A DNA stretch of 64,000 nucleotides from a virus (Duplodnaviria > Heunggongvirae > Uroviricota > Caudoviricetes): IMG/VR virus record IMGVR_UViG_3300035661_000046, positions 1 to 64,000 of that record. One strand, written 5' to 3'. The translations under genes and the position numbers were made by a program. Shown here in pieces: positions 25,573 to 34,123 of the stretch (within the stretch, counting starts at the first letter, position 1; each line of letters begins with the position of its first letter). The notes beneath the pieces are model-generated. The model saw nothing but the letters and a program-made list of their open reading frames with translations, did not search any database and was not told the DNA's origin.

Positions 25573-26000
25573 CTATGGTGCTTTGCTGTATACAACAAAG
25601 TTATTTCACTAGCGGTTACTGTATTTACCATCGTTATGTGTTTAGTAGGAACCCATCCTGTAGGGCCATCATCTATCTTAGTAAGATAATCCCCCATAGG
25701 TAACACGCATACTCCTTCAGGAATTCTATCTTCGTCCAAAGGTAGGTATACTATTTCCATGTTGTTATATCTAGGCATAATATGTAGATAGTGTAAGCCC
25801 ACTGGGTGTATAGTAACACCATCTTCTAAATAGTTAAGTATGTATTCATGTACGCTATTAATAGCAGTGACAAAGTCCTTTCCAAGATTTGAAAGGGTAT
25901 GGTTATATAACGCTGGTATTATAGCCGATATACTTCCAGTAGACGGCTCCTGCGTCATACAAATGTAATAGGAATATCTAGGGTCTTCGTTAAAGTTCAT
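25569..26000 (-). CDS. hypothetical protein
   Basis: 143-aa ORF. Confidence 0.45.
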   Translation of the reverse strand: MNFNEDPRYSYYICMTQEPSTGSISAIIPALYNHTLSNLGKDFVTAINSVHEYILNYLEDGVTIHPVGLHYLHIMPRYNNMEIVYLPLDEDRIPEGVCVLPMGDYLTKIDDGPTGWVPTKHITMVNTVTASEITLLYTAKHHR

Positions 26001-26074
26001 TCTTACTCCTTATTAAATGAAAATCCCAGATGATTAGTCTGGGATTGTGTGGTGGAAAGTATTTGATTCGAAAG

Positions 26075-26308
26075 TTACTCTTTATGTGCATCAGCCAGCT
26101 TAGCTAAACCTTCTCCTACTCCATCGGCAAAATTTCTGTTATGGCACTCAATAAGCATAACTTTTGCTTTTCTAATAGTAGCTGCTCGGTGTCTATTCTG
26201 TTCAGCACAGAACTCGGTTACAACGTTTCTAGTCGGGGTAGATAACTCATCATACACGGCTATCTTCTGATCTAGAATATGCAATATAAAACTTAGTTCT
26301 TCATCCAT
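26075..26308 (-). CDS. hypothetical protein
   Basis: 77-aa ORF. Confidence 0.4.
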   Translation of the reverse strand: MDEELSFILHILDQKIAVYDELSTPTRNVVTEFCAEQNRHRAATIRKAKVMLIECHNRNFADGVGEGLAKLADAHKE

Positions 26309-26523
26309 TACGACGTCACCACAAGTTTAAAATCTGGATTTAACCAATATGGGACTTGTTCATATAGTGGTTTTTGCGTGGGAGTTATCGGTCCAATGGT
26401 CGGATTAGACATAGTTAGGTTATGTACCTCTATTCGTAGGGCAGTAACCTCTGCTCTTAGCTTAGATAACTCCTGTTTCATATCATTGACTTCTTCAGTA
26501 TCAAATACTTTTTCGTGTGGCAT
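26308..26523 (-). CDS. hypothetical protein
   Basis: 71 aa; coiled N-terminal half. Confidence 0.4.
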   Translation of the reverse strand: MPHEKVFDTEEVNDMKQELSKLRAEVTALRIEVHNLTMSNPTIGPITPTQKPLYEQVPYWLNPDFKLVVTS

Positions 26524-26541
26524 GTAATACTCTTTCTATAT

Positions 26542-26619
26542 TGGCACTCCCGTAGTGAATCGAACACCACTCAGTCTGGTTTGGAGCCAAACTCGCCTCG
26601 CCTTGGAACATGCGGGAGC
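26542..26619 (-). tRNA. probable tRNA-Trp (anticodon CCA) with an atypical, extended D-arm
   Basis: Acceptor GCTCCCG/CGGGAGT (G-U at 1:72), anticodon stem TTTGG/CCAGA (one G-U) with loop CTCCAAA, T-arm TGGTG TTCGATT CACTA, CCA encoded. The D-arm region (TGTTCCAAGGCGAGGCGA) does not fold canonically. Confidence 0.45.
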
Positions 26620-26679
26620 ATTGTTTAAGTCTTCTTACTAATGCTACTATGGAGCTGGCTCCATTTAAACTCCTAATTC

Positions 26680-26754
26680 TGGCAGTGGATACAGGGATTG
26701 AACCTGTGCATGACGGGATCAAAACCCGTTGCCTTTCCTCTTGGCTAATCCACA
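26680..26754 (-). tRNA. tRNA-Gln (anticodon TTG)
   Basis: Acceptor TGTGGAT/ATCCACT (1:72 mismatch), anticodon stem ACGGG/CCCGT with loop TTTTGAT, T-arm ACAGG TTCAATC CCTGT, CCA encoded. Confidence 0.7.
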
Positions 26755-26759
26755 CCTGT

Positions 26760-27056
26760 TCAAACTAATTTAGCAAAACGTCTAACTAAAAACATTAACC
26801 ATTTAGGGGCGTAAATTATAGCTGTAACCTGTGCCGGTAATACCTTCACGCCATTCATTCTAACGTGAAAAAACTCACTATAAGCATCCTGTGTTAATGA
26901 GAATACCGCCTCTGTTTCCGACCGGTTTAATTCATAAAATGCACAGTTAGTTATATACTGCCCCTTCTCCTCGGGGGTAGTCGTTGGTTTATAAACTAGG
27001 TCTATGATGTGTTTAGCACTAAGCCTATCAGTAAACGGTATTTTTTTCTCTATCAT
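26760..27056 (-). CDS. hypothetical protein
   Basis: 98-aa ORF. Confidence 0.45.
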   Translation of the reverse strand: MIEKKIPFTDRLSAKHIIDLVYKPTTTPEEKGQYITNCAFYELNRSETEAVFSLTQDAYSEFFHVRMNGVKVLPAQVTAIIYAPKWLMFLVRRFAKLV

Positions 27057-27244
27057 AAGGTTCTCATTACTAGACTATAGGAAAAGTAATAGCATAAGAC
27101 ATTCAAACACTCCCTTGATTATTACTAATTAATTATAGTGGAAGTATAGATAACGATCATAGTGGACGAATGTAGCTGCTTTACCAGCAGCTACACCTCA
27201 TTAACGGTCTACACTTCCTTCTAAACTATAAGGATTGTTACATT

Positions 27245-27469
27245 TTACTCGAATGCGCTATTATCAGCAAGGCTATCTTCTAAGTCATGTATATCCCCTA
27301 GTATTCTAATAGGCTCTGCTCTACCTACTACATATACCTCTATTACTGGTCTGAATCTACCACCTTCTTTTATAGGAGTCCCACACACAAGGTGTGTAAT
27401 TTGTTTAGCCATAATTGCTACAGAGGTAGGTATCGCCGTATCTGCTAGTACATATCCAATAATTTTCAT
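27245..27469 (-). CDS. hypothetical protein
   Basis: 74-aa ORF. Confidence 0.4.
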   Translation of the reverse strand: MKIIGYVLADTAIPTSVAIMAKQITHLVCGTPIKEGGRFRPVIEVYVVGRAEPIRILGDIHDLEDSLADNSAFE

Positions 27470-27492
27470 AGTCTATTCCTTTATTCAAACAT

Positions 27493-27524
27493 TAAAAAAC
27501 CCAGAGAAGTTTCCTAGTCTGGGT
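27493..27524 (-). terminator. rho-independent terminator (minus strand)
   Basis: Hairpin cccaga ctaggaaacttc tctggg followed by T6 in the minus sense. It sits downstream of the tRNA-like gene and upstream of 27245..27469. Confidence 0.65.
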
Positions 27525-27695
27525 ATCATTAGTTGCAAGTTAAAGTTGAACCTCTTTACTCCGAGTAATACCCTCCAATGTCCAGTGGATAATCTTGTGA
27601 GGGCCAAAACTGATTATTTAAGAGTGAGAGGTTCATGCTTTTTATTTTAATACACTTTTTTACGTTTTTCAACCATTTGTGAAAATAGTTTCAAG

Positions 27696-27768
27696 TGCCC
27701 TCAGAACGAATTGAACGCTCGACCTCTTGATTATAAATACAAGTGCTCTACCGCTGAGCTATGAGGGT
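27696..27768 (-). tRNA. aberrant tRNA-like gene (18-nt anticodon arm giving an 8-10-nt loop; A1:C72 mismatch; no encoded CCA)
   Basis: Canonical D-arm TAGCTCAGCGGTAGAGCA, variable loop AGGTC, T-arm GAGCG TTCAATT CGTTC and a 6-bp acceptor. The anticodon arm CTTG-TATTTATAAT-CAAG is one nt too long. A perfect extended -10 (TGGTATAAT) lies about 15 nt upstream. Confidence 0.5.
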
Positions 27769-27782
27769 TGCTCTACTTAGTT

Positions 27783-27792
27783 ATTATACCAG
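27783..27792 (-). promoter_or_regulatory. extended -10 promoter (minus-sense TGGTATAAT) driving the tRNA-like gene
   Basis: + strand tattatacca, whose reverse complement tggtataata matches the TGnTATAAT consensus exactly. It lies between the NAMPT stop and the tRNA-like 5' end. Confidence 0.55.
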
Positions 27793-27795
27793 TTA

Positions 27796-29199
27796 CTAGA
27801 AGATAATGGAACTATTTTTCCTAACCGCATCAAAAGAGACACTCTTAACGAAACCTGGACGGTATACCTGAGTAAGCATATCCCTACCTCGGTTCTTCCC
27901 GGGTGTGATTCTATCACTATAGAAGCCAATACGATCATCCAAGAAAGTAGAAACTATTCCTCGTTTAGATGCCTTACCAGGATCAGTTTTAGGATCCTTG
28001 TACACATCTACTTCTACCCCATTCACGGTTACACTAGAGCATTTCATAGCCCACTTGAAGGTATCACGGTCTAAACGCTGCAGCAAGGCTCCGCCCATAC
28101 CAAAGGCTATATTATCAATAGAGAACATCTCTTTCAGCATCGCAGTTAAGATTTCTTCGATAGAGTCCATATTAACACCATCTCCTTGAATAATACGCAC
28201 GTTATTAAGTACCTTATAACCCTTAGAGTTTATGGTGTACCCGAATGACTTCTGTAAAGAGCGCAAGCAATACATAACCATGCTCTTTGGATTTCCTGAG
28301 TCGGGACGAAGTACTACTGTAGCACCAGAGTCAATAACCTCTTGTTTTAAATCACGACCCCAGATGACGTCTACTGCGTTATACATGTCGTAGGCATCTA
28401 CTACTACAGCAAAGTAAGCCCCAGGAACACCAAACTGCTTAATCATGTTAGAATAAGCTGCCTGCTCATAAGGCCGACCCCAGCTTGTTATAGTCGAGTG
28501 CTCTGCTGCAGGAATACTACCGGAAACAAAACCTTTAGCGTCATAGTTTCTGCGAAGCCAAGGTGTTGCTGCAATAGTATCAGAACCCATGAAGTTAACT
28601 AAGTGTGCTGCACCACCAACCTGGGATGTTTCATAGGATGAACAACCGCGACTTCCGAAGTCATGTAACTTGAAATTAATCTGACTGTCAGGATCATCAC
28701 TAGAAATAACAAGCCCGCGATAAATCATATCTTTAATCGTCTTACTTACTGTAGAGACAGTGCTGCCATACCAGATAGCTCGTAGTATCTGAGTTTCATA
28801 ATGGCCTGGTGCCCAGAATACTTTAGGGTCGATAGAATCTATACGAGCTACTGGCAAGTTAATAGGTACGTTAATACCTTCTTCTATAGCATGTATAGAA
28901 ATAGGTGCAAAACCACCATGCTCTTTAACAATGTATTCCCAAGCATCCTTCTTGAAAGGTACACCTTGCATTGCAAATTCTTCTGCAGCTTCCTCTACGT
29001 TGTCGAGCGTCGCTGGAGTAGAGAGATACTCCTTGATGTAACCTTGAAGACCAAACATTTGAGTCTTGTAAACACCTTGGATGGTTGAGCCTCGAGCTTC
29101 TACATAGGAACTCATGCTCGTTGTCCCTTTAGGGAACTGGTCTGGGTGACTTGGTTTATAGCTATCCGTATCCAAGATTGGATTGTAAGTTTGTTTCAT
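27796..29199 (-). CDS. nadV: nicotinamide phosphoribosyltransferase (NAMPT/NadV)
   Basis: N-terminus MKQTYNPILDTDSYKPSH is the hallmark of NadV/NAMPT (NPIL.TDSYK.SH). 467 aa is typical for the family. Confidence 0.85.
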   Translation of the reverse strand: MKQTYNPILDTDSYKPSHPDQFPKGTTSMSSYVEARGSTIQGVYKTQMFGLQGYIKEYLSTPATLDNVEEAAEEFAMQGVPFKKDAWEYIVKEHGGFAPISIHAIEEGINVPINLPVARIDSIDPKVFWAPGHYETQILRAIWYGSTVSTVSKTIKDMIYRGLVISSDDPDSQINFKLHDFGSRGCSSYETSQVGGAAHLVNFMGSDTIAATPWLRRNYDAKGFVSGSIPAAEHSTITSWGRPYEQAAYSNMIKQFGVPGAYFAVVVDAYDMYNAVDVIWGRDLKQEVIDSGATVVLRPDSGNPKSMVMYCLRSLQKSFGYTINSKGYKVLNNVRIIQGDGVNMDSIEEILTAMLKEMFSIDNIAFGMGGALLQRLDRDTFKWAMKCSSVTVNGVEVDVYKDPKTDPGKASKRGIVSTFLDDRIGFYSDRITPGKNRGRDMLTQVYRPGFVKSVSFDAVRKNSSIIF

Positions 29200-29211
29200 A
29201 TTATAGAACCC

Positions 29212-30267
29212 CTATAAAAAGTAATTGATGATATGAAGGTGATCTTCATAAAATTTGTGACTTAATTCTGGCAAAGCTGAGAATGGAACCCAGAATGCCT
29301 TCTTTGCATCGTCGCTACCTTTAACCTTGGGTAGCCCAGGAGTTAGGTCAGAGCCATCTAACCTAAATAAGAACGCATGAGTAATAGTTCTACCTCTAGA
29401 AGATCGGCCTGGAGAATCGAATACTTTAGAATCTCCTTTATTGGCATGATCTAGAACAGGTAGAGGGACTTTTAAACGAGTCTCCTCTCTTAACTCACGT
29501 AAAGCACAAGAGTATAACGTTTCGTTAGGATCAATGAAGCCCCCAGGTAAGGCATACAGTCCTTTGCCGGGAAATCCTCCTCGCTCTATTAAAAGAACAT
29601 GGCCATTCTTTATTACTACTGCGTCTGTTGTTACAAAGATTGGAGTATGTGGAGAACCTGCCCAAGCTTCTTTATATTCTCTAATAAAGGAGTCTTCTTC
29701 AAGCAGTAGATAGTACTCTTCTGAAAAAGCAAACTCTCTTAGAAAAGCTTCTGTACCCGTAGGTACTCTACTATAAACCGCAGCCTCACGCATTTTAGAA
29801 AGAGTATTTTCGTTAAAATACATACTCCGTAAAAGGCTGGCATTTATATCACCTGCTAGGCTACCAACTTCAACGTGAGGCCCCCATTGAGGGAATTCTA
29901 GTAAATATCCTGTATCTTCTTTTAGATGGCCTATTAGTTTTGGATTCTTAGCCTCAAGCAGTGAAACTACGTCGTTAACCTCCTCTTGGACTGATTCCAA
30001 CCATCGGTTGTTGGCATACAGGTAATCCTTTACTGCAACAAAGAATACTCTACTAGCAGAGTCCGGATCTAGAGAGCTAGTTATCATATTGATTCGCTCT
30101 TCATCACTAAAGGGATTTTTTAGACTCCTAGAGGACCTAGAGGACCCTAATACTATTATCACCTTGTCTGCTATATTCAGGGCCTCAAGCATAGTCGCCA
30201 TATGACCATTATGAAAGATCTGAAATCTTCCGATCATTATTAAAACTTCGTGTTTCTTATTTGACAT
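29212..30267 (-). CDS. natV: bifunctional NMN adenylyltransferase / Nudix hydrolase (NadM-Nudix, NatV-like)
   Basis: The N-terminal nucleotidyltransferase carries H-x-G-H (GRFQIFHNGH). The C-terminal Nudix box is GGFIDPNETLYSCALRELREETRL. Directly downstream of nadV, as in vibriophage KVP40. Confidence 0.8.
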   Translation of the reverse strand: MSNKKHEVLIMIGRFQIFHNGHMATMLEALNIADKVIIVLGSSRSSRSLKNPFSDEERINMITSSLDPDSASRVFFVAVKDYLYANNRWLESVQEEVNDVVSLLEAKNPKLIGHLKEDTGYLLEFPQWGPHVEVGSLAGDINASLLRSMYFNENTLSKMREAAVYSRVPTGTEAFLREFAFSEEYYLLLEEDSFIREYKEAWAGSPHTPIFVTTDAVVIKNGHVLLIERGGFPGKGLYALPGGFIDPNETLYSCALRELREETRLKVPLPVLDHANKGDSKVFDSPGRSSRGRTITHAFLFRLDGSDLTPGLPKVKGSDDAKKAFWVPFSALPELSHKFYEDHLHIINYFL

Positions 30268-30296
30268 TTGGAAAACCCTTCTATATGTCTGGTTTA

Positions 30297-30590
30297 TTAA
30301 TTGCGGTATCCTTCTACTACTATCCCCGAGATCAACTTTAGATCATCTTCGTGTTCTATAATGTTACAGTCATCGTCAATCTGACAATCAGTATCTGCGA
30401 ACGAATCCTCAGCCAATATACTTCTTATCAAATCAGCCTTTGTGGGATAGTCTTGGTATAATTCCGCTTCGGACTCGAAGTGCCCGTGGGTAATGGTCAT
30501 ATAGTTATCTGAGGCCATTACAGTGTAATACTCGTTATTATCAGATAATTCTGTTATTTTTACCAAACTAATAAACAATATATTTGACAT
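30297..30590 (-). CDS. hypothetical acidic protein
   Basis: 97-aa ORF. Confidence 0.4.
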   Translation of the reverse strand: MSNILFISLVKITELSDNNEYYTVMASDNYMTITHGHFESEAELYQDYPTKADLIRSILAEDSFADTDCQIDDDCNIIEHEDDLKLISGIVVEGYRN

Positions 30591-30604
30591 GGCTATGCCC
30601 CTTC

Positions 30605-30949
30605 TTAATTTACGTTAAAACGACGAGTGGTTACTAAAGCTGGATGCTTAACTTTCATAAAAAGTATATGACCTAGCACAGTCAGCGCTTCTGTTTTACT
30701 AATCATATGCTCTAGTTCTAAACTTACGTTTTCCGGCAGCACTAGTATATCTATCTCTGGATTGTAACCCTTACGTAGAAGTAAGGATTCTAACTCAGAA
30801 TAAATAGAGTAATCAGAGTAATCAGTCTCTACTACTAGAGACGGCGGAGTAGAGGAAGTAGTAGTATTAACTATCCAAGTGTTACCTTTAGTCTTTACCT
30901 GTTTAAGGAAGTTGGGTCGCTTCTTTACTTTAAGTATTGGTCTAGCCAT
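30605..30949 (-). CDS. hypothetical protein
   Basis: 114-aa ORF. Confidence 0.4.
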   Translation of the reverse strand: MARPILKVKKRPNFLKQVKTKGNTWIVNTTTSSTPPSLVVETDYSDYSIYSELESLLLRKGYNPEIDILVLPENVSLELEHMISKTEALTVLGHILFMKVKHPALVTTRRFNVN

Positions 30950-31230
30950 TATTCTATGTACTCCCCTCTGTAAGATGGCAAGTTAGCGTTTAATCCTAAA
31001 ACCTTAAGTGCCTTCAAGGTGCCTCCATATATTTCTGTAACCCCAGGCGTATTCTTTGGTTTATAAGAGTACTTTCTAAACAACCCTTTCTTAACAAGAG
31101 ACTCTATCTCCGGGGTTACACTATGGTTAGGTCCAGTTGCGAAATAGTTGCGGTATACCCCACCACCTTCTATAGATCCCGTGAAACATTGTATCAATAC
31201 ATCTTTCTCTTCTTTAGTTATTTCTATCAT
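30949..31230 (-). CDS. hypothetical protein
   Basis: 93-aa ORF. Confidence 0.4.
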   Translation of the reverse strand: MIEITKEEKDVLIQCFTGSIEGGGVYRNYFATGPNHSVTPEIESLVKKGLFRKYSYKPKNTPGVTEIYGGTLKALKVLGLNANLPSYRGEYIE

Positions 31231-31724
31231 AAAACCCCCGTACTAGTTAGTCTACCATATTCAGCTAGACAACAAGCGTCTGCTTCATGGTCTGTTTTAA
31301 AAGTAATACCTGTAATACACGTTGCTGCAGCCATACTAAATTCTTTATCCAACTTTTGCTTTCTACTAGGATTAGAGAAACCTTTGGTTTTAACTAAATG
31401 TTTAGCTAACCGTATCTTCCAATCAATAGCTCGATGTAGGTTCACGTCGTACCCTACTGACTGGAATGCGTAGTAGATAGCCCCAATAAGCATCAATATA
31501 TCCTCAGAGGCTGGATTAGTTACTCCTTGATAAGCAGCATACCTTTCCATAACTAAGACTCCTGAGCCTACATGGTAGTCACATAGATTAGATAAGTATT
31601 CTGCAGTCTCACAGATGCCTAAATCCTTAGGAGTAACTACCTCTGAATGAAGAAGGCTGCCTACAGTATCCAGTGTAGCAAAACCTAGGTTAGTAAAACC
31701 AGGATCTATCCCCACGTATAACAT
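31227..31724 (-). CDS. RuvC-like Holliday-junction resolvase
   Basis: N-terminus MLYVGIDPGFTNLGFA (RuvC has ILGIDPGSRVTGYGV), internal VMERYAAY (catalytic Glu) and C-terminal DHEADACCLAEYG (RuvC has DAADALAIA). Confidence 0.55.
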   Translation of the reverse strand: MLYVGIDPGFTNLGFATLDTVGSLLHSEVVTPKDLGICETAEYLSNLCDYHVGSGVLVMERYAAYQGVTNPASEDILMLIGAIYYAFQSVGYDVNLHRAIDWKIRLAKHLVKTKGFSNPSRKQKLDKEFSMAAATCITGITFKTDHEADACCLAEYGRLTSTGVL

Positions 31725-31990
31725 TATTCATACCCCGTTATTTCACGAAGTTCATAACCAGGATCACCCTCCTCGAAAGTAGGAGCAGTAGCCTTAGCTG
31801 TGTTAGTTACGTATAACCAACGTGCAGTACGTGTACTTTGTAAAGCACAACCCTCTACGGTTGCAGGAATAAAATTACAATTACCGCACCCACACTTTCT
31901 AGTTCTGAGAAACTTCTTATTATTAGCCAAATCCTCAAAATACTCTAGAGGGTACAAGCTATCTGTAAAGTCTTCTACTTCTTGTTCCAT
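31724..31990 (-). CDS. small Cys-rich (zinc-binding) protein
   Basis: CGCGNC...C motif; 88 aa. Overlaps the start of the RuvC-like gene. Confidence 0.4.
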   Translation of the reverse strand: MEQEVEDFTDSLYPLEYFEDLANNKKFLRTRKCGCGNCNFIPATVEGCALQSTRTARWLYVTNTAKATAPTFEEGDPGYELREITGYE

Positions 31991-32563
31991 TATCTATTTC
32001 CTATTTTATTTATCATTGTTAATAAATCTTCTTGCGAAGAACCCCGATGTACTACTACCAAGTCTCCCCAGTTTGGCCCTATCTCTGCTTCAACTCCAAT
32101 TGGTAGGTCTAGCCAGTCAAAGGTTTCAACAGGGTAGTCTTCCATGTAATAGAAGGCTGTCTCTAGGACTTCAGCTGCGTGTTGTAGAGGACATTCTATT
32201 TCAATTGAGTCATAGACGGTACAGATGCACTTTGCACCAAACTTCTTTATAGCGTTATTTAAAGCTGTAAACACCACCAACCCTAATGTCGACGATGTAG
32301 ACTGTACCCTAACATTCTGAGAATTTCTTAATGCAGCATTATACACTGCAGTCTTCTTATACATTGGCAAAGTACCAAACTCCATCTTACGCTGTGCAAA
32401 AGGAGTATACACAAACTGGTTGTGCTTTGCCATTGCATGTGCATCTTCTACATATTTCTTAATAAGAGGGTATGTATCGAAGTACATGTTAATTAAAGTC
32501 TGAGCTTCTTCTTTAGAGATTCCCAGGTTCATTGCGACTCCTGCTACAGAGGAGCCGTATAAG
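31990..32563 (-). CDS. family A DNA polymerase, polymerase subunit, exon 2 (C-terminal part incl. motif C)
   Basis: GSSVAGVAMNLGISKEEAQTLINMYFDTYP corresponds to Pol I [37 protein letters not shown] is the motif C (HDE) region. The frame is open upstream of the tracked Met back to the predicted 3' splice site at 32563. Confidence 0.7.
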
Positions 32564-32827
32564 CACTTAGTCTACTACTTTCGTAATAGAGTGGACTATA
32601 CCATTACCCTTTTCTAAAACACGCTTTTACGAGGGTATTCGCCGTATTATACCTAGTTAAAGGTATCGCAGCAAGATCTGTTCTAGATCTTCTGTCAGTC
32701 TCTGAACCATTTATACCAATCCCTTGGTATTCTGGCTGCTGATTGCCATACCTAGTATCTAGGGTTAGGGTTCCAGCAATTGAGCGAATTTTTAATACAG
32801 CATTACTACCGTATGGCACCTAAGTTA
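32564..32827 (-). mobile_element. group I intron (ORF-less, 264 nt) in the DNA polymerase gene
   Basis: It interrupts Pol A between motif B and the following helix. Predicted P1: exon ggcaU paired with intron GUGCC (U-G at the splice site). The intron starts taacttag and ends ...ctaagtG. It shares four conserved blocks with the rtcB intron, including a P7-like AUAGUCC element. Confidence 0.65.
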
Positions 32828-33783
32828 ATGCCGAATGTTAACGCTTTTGCTGCTTGTCTATAACCCTTATACTCCTTATATAAGGGATGTCCGGGATTAT
32901 CGACGATAGAGATAAACTCATCGTAGTCTAACCTTCGCATTGCACTAGCCGAGAAGGAGTGGAAATCCTTACCTTCTTCAATAGCCTTAAGTAAAGTAGG
33001 ATCCTTACATAGCGCTCCTAGAATCTTTACTTCGGCACTAGAGAAGTCTAAAGCAATAAACACATTGCCATCTGCTACCTTAAAGCATCTACGTACATTA
33101 TACCCATGCTTAGGTCTAGGTAACTGAGTTAAGTTAGGGTTATCACCAGTTATACGGAAACTACTAGTTCCGTGTAGGTTATAAGAAGGATGTACTCTAC
33201 CATCAGGCTTAACGTGGTCTTCTACGTAAGTCTTAATAAAAGTACGGTGAGCACTAGCAATGTCATTGCGTTTTGCTATATCTGCCAAGTAAGGGATTCT
33301 AGCAGATTTAACCAAGGCGGCTAATGCATCACCATCAGTAGAAGGAGATCCTGTCTTAGTTAAGAAAGGTGGAGTCAATCCTAACTCTCCGTATAAGAAA
33401 TCGCCTAGTGCAGCTCCAGAGTCTAAGTCTACCGGATGACCAATCGCAGTAAAAATAGAATGTTCCAAAGAAGCAATCTCTGCTTCCATTTGACGATTCA
33501 TTTGTCTATTAAGCTCGATGTCATACTCAATGCCATTGAGTTCTAAGTCACAGATAAACTCAAAAGCTGGCATTTCGTATTTGCGTATTGCTTCTAGTAT
33601 AGAAGGAATCTTACCCTTTGTTAATTTCCCATGAGTAGAAGTTACATACAGGGGTTGCTCAATAATTCTGGGAAAAGTAGCAGCCAGTATTTCTGAGGTT
33701 GTAATGCAGTCTATACCCGCGTACAGTAGCAAGTCTTCAACTGGATAATCTTCATATGTGTTATATATCGGTTTTTGTTCCAT
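32828..33783 (-). CDS. family A DNA polymerase, polymerase subunit, exon 1 (palm/fingers incl. motifs A and B)
   Basis: Motif A ALDFSSAEVKIL (DYSQIELR-like) and motif B RQAAKALTFGI(LYG). The tracked ORF reads into the intron and stops after ...FGINLGAIR. Confidence 0.7.
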
Positions 33784-34123
33784 TGGCTTTTTTATGCTCC
33801 TGTACTATTTCCTGAAACCTATCTAAAATTAAAGCGTCTCTAGTAGCCAAGTTGCTTAGCTCATTTTCCAACTCAGAAAGCATCTCTTCGGTATCTTCAG
33901 CTAAACCCATTAAAGTAGGCTCCATAAATCTAAGAGTATCTAGCTGAGCTTTAATACCACTAGCCTGAGCTAGGATATGTGCACTCTCCACTATGATGTT
34001 CTCTGCTTCTCTACTACCCAAGCTTTTTACTAAAGCAAGGATTACTTCATGAGGATCAATATCATCTTCTCCTGCTGTTACCTCTACTGCGTCCTCTACT
34101 TCTACTGGTTTAAACTTACTCAT
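33761..34123 (-). CDS. hypothetical acidic protein lying between the exonuclease and polymerase genes
   Basis: 120 aa; ATGA-type overlap with the exo gene stop, and a 23-nt overlap with the pol start. Confidence 0.45.
   Translation of the reverse strand: MSKFKPVEVEDAVEVTAGEDDIDPHEVILALVKSLGSREAENIIVESAHILAQASGIKAQLDTLRFMEPTLMGLAEDTEEMLSELENELSNLATRDALILDRFQEIVQEHKKANGTKTDI

Noticed and set aside
26501-26755. Minus-strand 84-aa ORF
   Set aside because: Completely overlaps tRNA-Trp-like and tRNA-Gln.
27545-27610. Possible additional tRNA upstream of the tRNA-like gene
   Set aside because: It shares a ccctca acceptor-like string, but no T-arm or anticodon arm can be folded. Possibly a degraded tRNA remnant.
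32604-32819. 71-aa ORF lying inside the polymerase intron and spanning its 5' splice junction
   Set aside because: It lies within the predicted intron and overlaps the last exon-1 codons in another frame. Too short for a homing endonuclease and no motifs.
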